Source: Mantamonas sphyraenae STR306 (taxonomy: Eukaryota > Protista > CRuMs). From it: 64,000 nucleotides of DNA. The stretch lies in NCBI GenBank assembly GCA_026936335.1, contig JAPMXV010000045.1, positions 310,001 through 374,000 of the forward strand. Reading direction: 5' to 3'. Below are positions 22,921 through 35,378 of the stretch, piece by piece. The notes beneath the pieces are model-generated. The model saw only the letters and a list, made by a program, of their open reading frames with translations, was not told the origin of the DNA and did no database searches. Position 1 is the stretch's first letter; the number at the start of each line of letters is the position of its first letter. A program made the position numbers and the translations under genes.

Positions 22921-24110
22921 AAGGCTGGTTTGTGCTGCTCGTCGTGTTGCTTCTGGCATGGGCCAGCCATGGCGTGGACGTGGCCGAGGAGGTGGCTGTG
23001 GATCGTGCAACCATGCCCACGGACAAGGTGCACGCCTTCTTCTACCTGTGGTACGGGGTGCCTGGTGTGGACGGTCGCTGGAGGCATTGGAACCACACGC
23101 TGCTGCCGCACTGGCGCGAGGACATCCGCGAGCAGTATGCGTACGGGGTGGCCTATCGTCCAGATGAAGACGACATCGGTGCACCGTACTTTCCGCAACG
23201 TGGCCCGTACAGCAGCATGGACCGGCAGACGCTGGTGGAGCAGCTGACGGAGCTGCGCTCCCACGCCGGCGTAGGTGTGGTGTGTGCCTCCTGGTGGGGT
23301 CGCAAGAGCAACCCAAACAGTGTGGATGGCGAGGGCGAAGAGACAGACTCGGCCCTGGAGGTCCTCATGGAGGCCGCCCACGTTGCAGGAGTGCGCGTTT
23401 CCTTCCACCTCGAGCCCTACCCCGAGCGCAACATCACCGATGTCTACGGCGACCTGGCCTACCTCATTGACCGCTACGGGAATCATCCGGCGCTGTACAG
23501 GGATGCTGCACGTGGCAACAAGCCGATGATGTACTTGTACGACTCCTACCACATTCCAAGCGACCAATGGGCGCGTCTCCTCCTCCCCGACGGTGATCTC
23601 AGTGTGCGCGGAAGCAACCTGGACGCTGTCTTTGTCTCGCTTTTCCTCCAGGCTTCCGACTGGACGTTTGTGGAGCAAAGTGGATTTGACGGCATCTACA
23701 CCTACTTTGCCAGCGATGGCTTCACCTACGGCTCCACAGTGCGCAATTGGAACACATTGGTGGCACAAGCCGAGACGCGAAACCTGTTGTGCATCCTGAG
23801 TGTGGGTCCAGGCTACGACGACACGCGCATCCGGCCTTGGAACTCGGCCAACACCAAGCCGCGCAATGGAGGCGAATACTACAGGCGACAATGGCGTGCG
23901 GCGTTGGATGCTGGCGCCCATCTGGTTTCGATCACCAGTGCAAACGAATGGGGCGAAGGCACACAGATCGAACCCGCCGTGCCAAGGACCATCCCATCCA
24001 GTGTGCAGACGCAAGGGAAGCAATCGTACACGTACGAGGACTACGGAGAGGACCCCATGCTGTACCTGAAAATCACCAAGGAGTTTGCCGAGGCCCTTGC
24101 TCAAAGGTGA
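22917..24110 (+). CDS. MANEA: GH99 glycoprotein endo-alpha-1,2-mannosidase
   Basis: Signal/anchor; VHAFFYLWYG, GPYSS, SWWG, FHLEPY, GFDGIYTYFAS, SVGPGYDD..IRPWN, ITSANEWGEGTQIEP. Confidence 0.93.
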   Translation: MKGWFVLLVVLLLAWASHGVDVAEEVAVDRATMPTDKVHAFFYLWYGVPGVDGRWRHWNHTLLPHWREDIREQYAYGVAYRPDEDDIGAPYFPQRGPYSSMDRQTLVEQLTELRSHAGVGVVCASWWGRKSNPNSVDGEGEETDSALEVLMEAAHVAGVRVSFHLEPYPERNITDVYGDLAYLIDRYGNHPALYRDAARGNKPMMYLYDSYHIPSDQWARLLLPDGDLSVRGSNLDAVFVSLFLQASDWTFVEQSGFDGIYTYFASDGFTYGSTVRNWNTLVAQAETRNLLCILSVGPGYDDTRIRPWNSANTKPRNGGEYYRRQWRAALDAGAHLVSITSANEWGEGTQIEPAVPRTIPSSVQTQGKQSYTYEDYGEDPMLYLKITKEFAEALAQR

Positions 24111-24151
24111 CAGTGCATGAACATTCATTCAGGGTGTGCAGCACTCTCTGC

Positions 24152-25957
24152 TCACACAACCGGGTTCATCCATGCAGGCATGGACTCGATACCAATGCAG
24201 TTGACACCACGCTCGACACGAACGTAGCCCTCCTCGCCCCAGCTGGTGCCCCAGCTGTTCTTGACCTCCCAGTACTTGACACCGTTCTCCACGCCCCAGC
24301 CGGTGACGGTGACGGCGTGGTTGGTGACGTAAAAGTCGTCCTGGGCAGCCTTGTCGTTGGTGTCGGTAAACACACCGCTCTTGTACGCCAGGAAGGCCTT
24401 GTCGACCTCAATGCCCACTGCAATCGGGCCGCGCAGCAGCTCGAGCTGCATGAGGACCTCGGCCTTGTCGTTGTCGGTGGCACCAAAGTATCCACCGACA
24501 TAGCCCCAGTCGTTGACGTGCAGGAACTGGCTCGAGTCGTTGCAGCGGGCCGAGCACATGGTCGGGTTGGCGCTGTTCTGATCGCGACCAGTGTACGGGA
24601 AGCACGACTCGGTCGTGATCTCGAAATCGTGGCCGTACTTGCTCACGAGGTAGGCAAAGCCACCGTTGCAGCCCTGCGAGTACTCGCTGCACGACACAAT
24701 GCTCTGCGGTGCAAAGATGTCCTGGCGCTGCAGGTTGGTGAGGATGCGAAGGCGTGCCTCGAGCACAGCCGTGGTGGCAAAGGTGTAGCACGAGCCACAC
24801 TGCTCCTGGTTGCGAATGGGCGACACATAGTTCTTGCCGCCGACGTTGCGCCAGGAAAAGGTGGTGGGCAGCGACGCGGCAAACTTCTCGTCCATCTCCG
24901 TCAGCTGCGGCTTGCCGCCGGGCGACACAGCACGGATACGCTGGGCGGCCATGCCACCAGCCATGCGCTGCACGTCACGCTTGCTCAAGCCCTCAAAGAT
25001 GGCCTGCTTGGCAGCCACCCATGACTTCTGCACGCTGTTCAGGCGGTCGATCATCTCCTCGTCCTGCTCAAACTTGCTCTCCGGATCAGCCTCCATGGCT
25101 GGCTCCAGGTCCAACATCATGTGGCCCGACACAGGGTGGCTGGCCTCCGTCTGGATGCCCAGGTAGCAGCCCCAGTCAGCGTTCTTGGTGTTGTGCACCC
25201 ATCCGGCCTTGGTCATGTTGCAGTACGACGTGGTCTGGTTGTTCTGCGTCACGTACTCGCTAAAGGCAAAGTACACGTCGTTGTTGATGCGCACCTCAAA
25301 ACCCTGGTTGTAGATGGCTGTCCAGGTGCCGATGTTGCCCTCGTCGTCCGTCACGAGGTTGGGAGGCAGCAGCGTCAGCTGTGTGCGTGCATGATGACCG
25401 TTGTAGGCCCGGCTGTGTCAGTGATCTTATCAGTGCAGGCTGGGGAGGCTCCATGCAGGCGGGAGCGGAGCCTTCTGGACGCACGTCCACGCGAATTTTT
25501 TTGCTCGAGCTCGGATCCAAACCGCACTGCGCACACAGTGCATAGGCACAGCAGTGGCAACCACACAGCTCCACACGTACCGACATCTCGCTCTGCTTGT
25601 TCACGGATGAGCATTTGATGGTGTTGCTCTGGCCTCGGGCGCCAATGTGGAAGGTCCTGCGAGAGAGGGAAAACGGGTTGAGGTGTGTCAGGCTGTGTGT
25701 GTGGCATGCGGTACGTGCAGACGCTGGACATGCGCATACTGGGGCATCGATACACATAGCCACCATGAACGCACGCACAGACGCCACAGCTGTGTGTCCT
25801 CGTGGCGTGCGTGTTTTCTGGAGTGCTCTCAAACGGAAACCTACCATTTGCCCAAGAAGGTCTGCGGATGGCAGTTGGCAGGCGTGTCGGCGCTCACCAG
25901 CACGGCAGCGCACACAATCATGGTCATGACGACAAACACAGCACGAGTTTGGATCAT
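24152..25957 (-). CDS. CTSC: Cathepsin C (dipeptidyl peptidase I), 4 exons
   Basis: Signal peptide then DTPANC; IYNQGFE exclusion domain; QEQCGSCY, TNHAV, VKNSWG..WGEEGY. Confidence 0.95.
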
Positions 25958-26028
25958 GATCGACGTCTTTTTGTTTTGGAGCGACGAGCGCGAGAGTGGA
26001 CCCACCACATCAAACCCAAGCCAACGCC

Positions 26029-27968
26029 ATGAAACAGTGCTATTACGAAGTGCTGGGCGTGGAGATGGACGCCACAGAAAAGGATATCCGCAAGGCGTAC
26101 AAGCGGATGGCGTTCAAGTGGCACCCGGACAAGAACATGGACGATCCGGAAGCGGCCAGCGAGATGTTCAAGAAGGTGCAGCTGGCATTTTCTGTGCTCG
26201 GCGACGCACGTGAGCGCAAGTGGTAAGTGAGAGAGAGTGTGTGTGTGGTCCATATGTGCAACTGGAAGGAAGGGAGCAAGGAACAGTTGGCTCACATTCG
26301 TGCCCCACGCGCAGGTATGACTCGCACCGAGACAGCATCCTGCGAGATGACGACGACCAAGCAGAGGAGTATGAAGACCTGTACCAGTTCTGTGTGCGCT
26401 CCTGCTTCAAGGAGTACAACGACGACAAAGAGGTGCGTGTCCCGCGGCGCATTCGTTCCGGGAAAATCCGGGTCTGCTCGCGTGTGCCAGAGAACACTGA
26501 CACACGCATTCGTCACACCGACACCCTCCCCACAGGGATTCTTTACAGTGTACCGGGAGCTGTTTGAGCGCATCGACGAGGAAGAGGCCGTTTGGGGCAA
26601 CGACGACGGCGACGACGCACCGAGCTTTGGATACTCGGACAGCAGCGACCAAGAAGTGGATGCCTTTTACCACTACTGGGGTGCATTCAATACAGTAAAG
26701 CCCTTTGGGTTTGAAGACAAGTATGACACGGGTGACGCTCCGTCGCGGTATGTGCGACGGCTGATGGAGAAGGAGAACCAAAAGGGTCGCACAAGGCCAA
26801 GAAGCTGTACATGGATACATTCAAGCACCTGCTGGAATTTGTAAAGGAGCGCGACCAGCGTCTGCAGTCGAGGCTGGCACGAGAGCGCTCACGTGCGAGC
26901 AAGCAGCGAGCCGAACGTGCGGCCAAGCGAGCGGCCGAAGACGCTGAGCGACGCAAGCGCGAAGAGGCAGTGATCCAGGAGGGAAGTGCAGATGTGCAGG
27001 AGCACATGGCCATGCTGGAGAGTATGGTGGACGAGTTTGACCACTTCAAGGTGGATGACGACGCCGCGGTGAAGGAGTGGTATTGCCAGGCGTGCAGCAA
27101 AGCCTTCAAATCGGCCAAGGCCTGGGAAAACCACGAGAAGAGCAAGAAGCACATCAAGAATATGGACATGCTAATGGAAATGATGATGGAGGAGGAGCAG
27201 CAGCAACAGCAAGGCGTCGAGGAGGTGGATGATGACGACTACGACGACGACGACGACGACGTGCAACTCGACGGGGAGGAGGCATGGCAGCTGCCCCAAG
27301 ATCTGGATTTGGACATGTGGATGGACCAGGAGGATAGTTCAGACGACGAAGTGCACGCAAGCAGCAGCAGCAAACAAAGTGCAGCCGCCATTTCCGACGA
27401 CGAGGACGAGGACGAGGGCGTGCAGGTGGTGTACCTGGACAACGACGAGGAGGATGACGACGAAGGGGATGAAGATGACGACGAAGCACTTGGTGCCGAT
27501 GCAGATCTGCTGGCGTTTGTCCAGGGAGCTGCAGCGCACACGGGGAGCGCCTTTGACGCCCTGGACGACGCACTGGTGGATAGCGAGGATGAACAGGAGG
27601 ACTCAAAGGACCACGATGAAGAGCTGGTGGTGGCGCAGAAGGAGATGGAGGTGGCAGCTGTCGACGAGACCCAGGCGCAGGCAGAAAATGACGACGACGA
27701 CGAGCAGCAGGAGTCACGTGGCAAGAAGGGCAAGCGAAAGAACAAGAAGAACAAGAAAGGGGGCAGCAGCAACAACAAGAACAAGGAGAGCGAGCTTTCC
27801 TGCAACGTGTGTCATGCCAAGTTTGACTCACGGTCCAAGTTGTTCAAACACCTGGAGGATGAGGGCCATGCGCAGGCTGCACGCAACACGGTGCCCATCG
27901 ACGACACCGATGCATCGGCTGGCGGGAAGGGCAAGAAGAAGAAGGGCAAAAAGGGCAAAAAGCGTTGA
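26029..27968 (+). CDS. DNAJC21: DnaJ family C21 (Jjj1-like); introns 26223-26314, 26433-26535; 1-nt frame break near 26790
   Basis: J domain with HPDK, GFFTVYRELF, RRLMEKEN, two C2H2 zinc fingers. Confidence 0.92.
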
Positions 27969-27982
27969 GGGGGCCAAAGGAA

Positions 27983-29614
27983 ATGCAGCGGAAACGGGTT
28001 CTCGTGATCGGTCGTGGGATGTTCGGCCGCAGAGTGGCCGCCCAATTGGAGGCACAACCAGACGTGGATGTCGTTGTCGCGGCGCGCACAAGCACCGTCT
28101 TGTCAATGGATGTGCGAAACTCGGATTCTGTTCACAAGGCGCTTGCGGAAGTGCGGCCGTCGGTGGTCGTCGACACTGCTGGCCCGTTCCAGGCCCGCAC
28201 AGACTCTGTCCATCTTGCAAAGGCCGCCCTGTCCATGAACGCCCACTACGTGGACATCAGTGACTCGCATGCCTACTCTTCGCTCATGGTTGACCAGGAG
28301 ACAAACACGCTGGCACGGGAGCGCGGCTTGGCCGTTGTCAGCGGCGCTTCCACCTTCCCCGCAGTCACAGCAGCCGTCTGCGACCGATACACGGCTTCCA
28401 TGGCTCAGGTGGACGATATCCACATTGCCTTTGCCTCTGGAAACCAGAATGAGAGCAGTCCTGCAACGATGGCGTCCATTCTCGGCGACCTGGACACCAC
28501 ACACCGCGTCTTTCGCGACGGCCGATGGCAAGAAAGTGTAAACTGGGATGTGCCACAAAGGGTGCTCTTTCACGGCTCTGGCCTGCGTCGCTGGTGTTCA
28601 AACGTGGACCAAATCGACACGGCCGAGTTTCCGCAGCGCTACGGCGTGACACGCAATGTCACCACGCTGGCAGGGTTGGAGATTGGATCCATGGTGTGGG
28701 GTACCTGGCTTCTGGGCAAGCTCAAGCGCCATGGCGTGCTGCGGTCCATCCCGCAACGGCCTTTGGAGCTCGTCCACAAGGCACTGCAGCCCTTGGGCAC
28801 CAAAGACGGCACCCTACGCGTTGTTATCCGTGGAACAGATGCACAAGGCCAACCTGTACATACGCACTGGTCTCTGCTGGGCACGGGAGGCGATGGCCCA
28901 ATGGTTGCCGCCACGCCCGCCGCGCTTGTCACGCGCAAGCTCCTTGACGGCCATATCGAGCCGGGTGCCTCGCTGTGCATGGGCCACGTTAGCTTGGAGG
29001 AGATGGAGGACTATTGGGTCGCCAACAGGTGGAACATCCATGCGGTGGAGGACGGCATCGGCAGCGACGAAACTGGCCCTTTCATGGCTGGCCTTGGCAG
29101 GAAGCACGCCAAGGCTCTCCCTGCATTCTTTCGTCGCTTCCATGCCGACAAAGGACTGGTGGATGGCGTGTTTGACATCACGCGTGCTCCGGGATTGATC
29201 GGCTTCCTGTGTGATCTCCGCGGTTTGCCAAAGCCGGGCTCACGGCTGCCCACCGTTGTTGTCAGCCAAGGAGGACAATGGGCTCGATTCTTTGGCGACA
29301 ACAACGTCATGCTTAGCCGTTGGGACATCCGAGGCGGCCTGGTGGTGGAAATGTTCTGGCCCCTGGCCTTTGGGTTCCATCTGCTGCCCATCCTTGGCCC
29401 CGACGGCTCTGTGCAGGGATTCTCCCACGTCTCTGCTCGCATGTGGGTGTTTGGAGTGCCCGTGCCTCACTTTCTCGCCCTCCGCCCCGATGGCGAGTCT
29501 GTCGTGGATGGTGACGGGTGGCGAGTCAACGTGTCGCTGCAGGCTCCCATCTTTGGAGAGCTGCTGCGCTACACAGGACGTGTGTGGCCCCACCACCATC
29601 AAGCAGATGTATAA
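27983..29614 (+). CDS. Saccharopine-dehydrogenase-like NAD(P)-binding protein with C-terminal DUF4166-like domain
   Basis: VLVIG.GMFG, DTAGPFQ, HYVDISD; C-terminal LP..FRRFH, FGVPVP.FL, APIFGELLRYTG; intronless. Confidence 0.8.
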   Translation: MQRKRVLVIGRGMFGRRVAAQLEAQPDVDVVVAARTSTVLSMDVRNSDSVHKALAEVRPSVVVDTAGPFQARTDSVHLAKAALSMNAHYVDISDSHAYSSLMVDQETNTLARERGLAVVSGASTFPAVTAAVCDRYTASMAQVDDIHIAFASGNQNESSPATMASILGDLDTTHRVFRDGRWQESVNWDVPQRVLFHGSGLRRWCSNVDQIDTAEFPQRYGVTRNVTTLAGLEIGSMVWGTWLLGKLKRHGVLRSIPQRPLELVHKALQPLGTKDGTLRVVIRGTDAQGQPVHTHWSLLGTGGDGPMVAATPAALVTRKLLDGHIEPGASLCMGHVSLEEMEDYWVANRWNIHAVEDGIGSDETGPFMAGLGRKHAKALPAFFRRFHADKGLVDGVFDITRAPGLIGFLCDLRGLPKPGSRLPTVVVSQGGQWARFFGDNNVMLSRWDIRGGLVVEMFWPLAFGFHLLPILGPDGSVQGFSHVSARMWVFGVPVPHFLALRPDGESVVDGDGWRVNVSLQAPIFGELLRYTGRVWPHHHQADV

Positions 29615-29651
29615 TGTATTGTAGTTGTTGTACATGTGTAGGCTAATTTCA

Positions 29652-31655
29652 TCATCCATTGGCCACGGAAGCCACAAACTGCGCCCTTGTCACCTGGTTG
29701 AAGATGAGCACGACGGCACTGACAATCACCGTGAGCAGCGAACGCACCAACGGCGAGCCTGCCTTGAAGCCCAAGATCTGCACAGGGTTCAGATCGTCGT
29801 CCACACGCACGGCATTGAGCACAGAGTCGAGAATGTCACGCACATCCTCCAGCTGACGCCGCTGACCATCCTCGGCCTGCGACTCGGCCAGGCGCGCGCG
29901 TGTGTGCAGTCCCAGCTGCGACAGACTGTCCTGGTGCAACAGCGACTGTTTGCTGTTCTCGCCAGCCGGCAGGGCCACCAGCACGAGGAGGAACAGCACC
30001 ACAAACGCATCGTACGTAATCCACACCACCGACAGCAGATCCACATCCAGCGGGTTCAACAGCATATCAAACACCAAGTAAATCAGCAGAATCGACGAAT
30101 ACGCAAAGAAAAATCCCGAGTACGCAACCAGTCGTCGCTGGTAGAACAACCCCGTGGACAGCAGCACCCGTCGCACACGATACCAGTTGGTTACGTTGCG
30201 TGCCTTGCTGGTGTCCAAAAGCAAACCAGGCTTCTTGATCAGCTCCTCCGTGGTCAGCGTGCGCAGGATGGCACTCGACACGTAGCCAGTGGTCAGCAGT
30301 CTGTTCAGCTTCTTCTTGATGCGAGCTCGGCGAACAAAGTCGACGCGGGCCACCATCAGGAATGTACACAGGTTTGCAAACAAAAACGTGCCCAGGAACG
30401 TGTTGACAATCGTAAACACCATGGCTGGCCACGTGGCGCCAAACGGCTCCAGACCCTGGAACCCACGAATCATGGGCGGAATGGCCACATGCACCATGGC
30501 AGCCAGCAGAATGAGTCGACCGGACATCAGGCCTTCCTTCTTGGTCGGAGTCGAGTCTCGGAACAACTGCAGCGCAAGCACGTCTGCCGGGTACGAACGT
30601 GCGTTGCACCGCTCATGCTTCACGTCCAGGTAGTCCTCGCCATAGTGCAGGTTCTCCAGCACGTTCTCGTGTTCGCTCGAGTGATACTGGAAGTTCGTCG
30701 TTGCCAGATCGATGAACAGCAAGCGGCCTGCGCGCTCGATTTGGTCAATCACTGTAGACACCTCGGGATCTGCCCACTGAGTAATCAACGCCTTGCGTTG
30801 CTTATCATCCAGCGGCATCTGTTTGCGCAGCTCCTCCAGGTCTTGTTCTGGCATGTACGAGTACTGCGTGCGGGCCCTTTCGCGTCAGCAACATGCTCCA
30901 GTGGCTCCTTTTTCCTTCGCGGCGGAAATTCCGCCGCCGTTCCACGGGAGCCCAGGCCGTCCAACGGTGCCACAATCAAACCCAGTATGCTCGCACAATC
31001 CTCCCGCTTCCCCTTCTCTGTCTTTCACACAGCACCTCACCTTGATGGAAATGACCACGTTTCGCGCCAGAAGCAGCAGCGTTGCAACGACAATCTCAAG
31101 CGGCGAGACGTCGGGGGGCCTGTACAGAGCCACCAGTACCATGCTCGCCATGAACGCAATCGACACAATCAGTTGGAACCAGAAAAGCACCGTGCCAAAG
31201 CCCAGGAAGGCACGGTTGCGAGCACCTGCCCGACCTTCCATAAGCAGCACAAGCGGCAGACTCACCGGCCACAGCATGTGGTACGTCAGATCCAACAAGA
31301 ACTGCGACATCTTGAAGCGTACGTTCTCTTCGACTTGCAGCTTCTTGGTTCGCTCCAGATCGTGCAGGAAACTCGAGTGGTTGCTGGAGAACGCCTGCTG
31401 CCGCACGCTGATGCGATGGCTCAGCCCCTCTGAGCTGCTGCCGCTGCCATGAAGTTTCTCTGATGGCGACTTTCCACGCAGTGTCGCGTTCAGTTCATCT
31501 GAAGACGAGCCCCCGCTCGTACGACGAAGCTGCTCGTGTTCAACCGCCACCACCTGCCCAGGCAACGCTTGCATCTCCGTCTCCTGCCACTCTTGCGACT
31601 GATCTTCCACAACTATCCGTCCTCCACTTGGCGGAGGGGTCTGGCCGAACGACAT
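29652..31655 (-). CDS. Multi-pass membrane protein, PHTF/7TM-ion-channel-like, paralogue A; intron 30864-31040
   Basis: About 7-8 TM segments; NVTNWYRVRRVL; C-terminal PVQILGF..SAVV; clear paralogue of the neighbouring gene. Confidence 0.75.
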
Positions 31656-31735
31656 GCGTGAGAGTTGGCTGCATCCACACGCGCAACCGGGTCATCCATT
31701 TGAACATTGCCCCTCGCACACATCTCACAATTGCG

Positions 31736-33595
31736 TCACAATTGCGTCACTGCGTTGAACAACACCACTGCCGCAGATCCCAACGCACCAAACAGCGAAC
31801 GGAAAAGCGGCGGGCCTGCAGTGAAGCCGAAAATCTTCACCGGCCGCAAGGCGTCGTCGGCCTCCACGTTGCGCATCACGAGATCCAACAGAACCCGTGT
31901 GTGCTTCAGTTGCTCCTTCACCTGACTTTCTCCCTCTCTTCCTTCCAGATCCAACTCCACAAGCCGGCAGTGCGTGTTCATGCTGTGGTGCGCCAGCGTG
32001 CTCATGTGCACTTTGTGCTGCCCGTTCGCCTTGGCTGCGGGCACAGCCAGCGCCATCAGCAGGCCCAACACCACCAGTGCATCGTAGCTCACCCAAACCA
32101 GCGTCAGGGTGTCCAGGCGGCCGTCCATCAACAGCTGCACCGCCATGTAGATCAACAGCAGCAGCATGTACGCGAAGAACAACCCAGCGTACGCAGTTGC
32201 TCGCAGTTGGTAGAACGATCCCAAACGACTGAGCACCTGCCTCACACGCAGCCAATTCACTGCGTTCTGCGGCACTTGCATGTCAATCAGCAGCGAATTG
32301 CTCGTTTCCAGCTCGTTGTCCCCGTCCATCGTGTGCACCAAGGATCGCTTCGACGTGCACACGTACCCTTTCGTGATCAGGTCGTTCAGCCAGCATTGCA
32401 CAGCCGACCTTCGACTCATGTCCATCGACCCAATCAGCAAAAACTGCGCCAGATTCCCGAAAAACATCCCACCCAGCACCACTTGCGCAATCGAAACCAC
32501 CACTCCCGCTGGCGTGCTCCCAAACGGTTCCATTCCAATCGATGCCTTGTAGATGGGCACCACAGAGACGTGCAGCAGCGCAACCACAAGGCTCCAGACA
32601 AGGCCCCCCCTCTGCTCACACGCGTCCTTGAACAGCTGCAGCACGAGCAAGTCTGCCGAAAACGTTGTCGACGTGATTTTGCCCTTTTCGTTGCGTCCTT
32701 CAAAGAAGGAGACGGCGTGGTGAAGGTGTTCCCGAGCCGCCACCTCGTCTTCCTTGTGGATGTGAAAATCGGTCAGCGACAGGTCAATGCGCTGCACCTT
32801 TTGTGCCAATGTGAGCTCTGTGTACAGCAGATCGATGTCTGGGTTGGCCCACGAGGCCATGAGTCGCTTCACCTGCTTTTGCTGCAAATTTGGCACCTCT
32901 CGCAGCTCCTGAAGGTCCCCGATGCTCATGTACCCGTACTTGGTGGCGATCACGGTGTTGCGCATGAAGATGATCAGGTTCAACACCACCATTTCGATCG
33001 GGAAAATGTCTGGGGGCTGCACAACCAGATACAGCAAGTCCAGCGACACCCACATCGCGTACACAAGCATTTGTGACCAGAATACCCTGCCCCCACCCCA
33101 GAATGCTCTGTGCACGTGCGTTTGCCCCGTCGTCAGTCACCTTGTCCAGGGTGTGGGCTCCTTGCGCGCGGACGAGCCAGGCGTGCTTCCCCGCTCACCG
33201 ACTCCTTTGCTTGCCTGCCCCACAGCTCACCTGTTTTCCGCTCCCACCCTGCCTTCCATGGCCCACACAAATGGAAGCGACAGAGGAAACATTTCGTGGT
33301 AGACAAGCTCCAGCAGAAAGCGTTGGAATTTGAACGTTGCCGCCTCGGTTTTGATGACCGAATCGACCAACGCAGGCGACTGCTCCAGAAAGCTCTCTCC
33401 ACGGCCCACGGGGGCACAAAACGCTTGGCTAGCCGACGTCCGGTGTCGCAGCGTCCGCACGTGTACCTTGAGTCCCGCAATGCCCGCAAAGTCCAACTGT
33501 GAAGGTGTCCGATCTCGGACCTGGCCATACTCGACTCCGTCTGCGCCGCTATCTGCCTCTACCACATCTGCAGGTGACACTTTGATGCTGCGCAT
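31736..33595 (-). CDS. Multi-pass membrane protein, PHTF/7TM-ion-channel-like, paralogue B; intron 33108-33230
   Basis: YHEMFPLSLP, ENRAF, NAVNWLRVRQVL, PVKIFGF..SAAV align with paralogue A. Confidence 0.75.
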
Positions 33596-33677
33596 GTGGA
33601 CAGTGTGTGGGTGTGGGTGTGGTGTGGTGTGTGGTGTTGGAAAAGTCCGAGAGATTTGTTGAGTTTGCTCAGCTCGC

Positions 33678-35378
33678 TCATGCATCGACAAAGTCATCCA
33701 CACTCAGCTCGGCGTCGATGGCAAAGAACTGCTCAAAGAAGGCCTTGAAGAGGTCGTATCCGTGCTTGGTGTCGTCCACGCCACACATCTCGCGGATACT
33801 GTGCATGGACAGTTGCGGGTTGCCCAGGTCGACTGTGCGGATGCCCGTCTTGGCAGCCACCATGGGTCCAATGGTCGACCCACATCGTGAGTCGTTGCGT
33901 ACCACAAACTCCTGCAGCGGGATGTCATTGCGAGCAGCAATCTCCTTGACCAGGAACTTGGACAGCGCCGTCGTGGCGTAGCGTTGGTTGCTGTTGATCT
34001 TGAGCACCGTTCCCTCGTGCAACACCGGCCGGTGGTTGCTTTCGTGCACCTCTGAATAGTTGGGGTGCACTGCATGTGCCATGTCTGCCGAAATGAAGAA
34101 CGAACGGTTGTACGTCGTCTCCTCCACATCGTCCGACGACGACGACGACGGCGCCAGCACCTTGATCACACGGTCCAGCACCTGCGGCAGCAGGTTCGAG
34201 TTGGCTCCGTGCGACGACGTCGAGCCAACCTCCTCGTGGTCAAACAGAGCCAACACACGAATACCGGTCTCCTCCTCCAGACCTTCGGCGTCCACAAACG
34301 CACGCAGACCCGTGTAGCTCATCATCAGGTTGTCCAGTCGCGGCGAAAAGATGAATTCGTTGTGCAGACCACCCAGGTTGGCCGGTTGGTGGTCGGCCAG
34401 GCACAAATCAAAGTCGGCAATGTCATCCACCGCACAGTCCAGCTCCGTGGCCAGCAGGGACAGCAGGCTCGGGTAGTGGTCGTACTCGCTGCTGCTGTTG
34501 CTGCTGCTGCTTTCGCTGCTGCTTTCGCTGCTGCTTCCGCTCTCGGGCTGGTTCAGGGCGTCCTTCACTGCCGTGCACAGCACTGGCAGCAGCTGTGTCT
34601 CGTTGTTGAACTTGAAAGACTCGCGCTCCTTGGTCAGGTGGATGGCCAACGTGGGGATGCGCATGATGGGCCTAAGTCGGGTGGGTGAGCAGCACGTGTG
34701 CTCCTGTGTCAGCCGGCTGCTTCGGCCACCTTGCTGGTTTCCGTTTTCGCTTGGCAAAATTCCGACCCTCTTTTTGGCCACTCCCCACTCGGCACTCACT
34801 TGTCAATGTTCACCAGCTTGGCAGCAAAGCCCTTCTCACCCTTGACCACCACGCGTCCCGCCAGACACAGGTCGCGGTCGAACCACGTGTGCCACAGGCC
34901 GCCGCCGTAGCACTCCACGCCCACCTCCAGGTAACCTTGCTTCTTCACCGTGCTCACAGGCTTCACCTTCAGGCAGGGGCTGTCCGTGTGCGCGCCGTAG
35001 ATCAGCGCTCCGTTTCCGCTCTCGTACTTGCTCCCCACAGCCACGGCCACGATGGAGCCCTGGTTGCGCGTCACAAAGAACTTGTCACCGGGGTTCACGT
35101 TGTTTGCCCAGCTGTCCGTCTCGCTCAGACGCTGGAACCCAGCCGCCTTCAACTCCTTTGCCGCGTTGTCTACACACAAATGGCCATCGGCCGCACACAT
35201 GTGCACCGTACAACTGTCAGCATGGACGTGGTACTGCCTCAAACGGCCTTGAACGAACCCAATCAACCAACTTACACACGGCGTGGTACGGCGAACGCGA
35301 CGCGTTGACGAAATCCAAAAACCCGTTGGCCATCTCATACATGGCTTCGGTTGTCTTGCTGACCTTGCTCTTGCTCAT
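33678..35378 (-). CDS. DNPEP: Aspartyl aminopeptidase (M18); introns 35170-35275, 34672-34799
   Basis: SPYHAV, GAHTDSP, YGGGLWHTWFDRDL, RLDNL, DHEEVGS, SADMAHAVHPNY, CGSTIGP, LSMHSIRE. Confidence 0.96.

Noticed and set aside
10470-24110. Glycosylation gene cluster (ALG10, GDP-fucose transporter, MANEA)
   Set aside because: Interspersed with unrelated genes; compatible with chance
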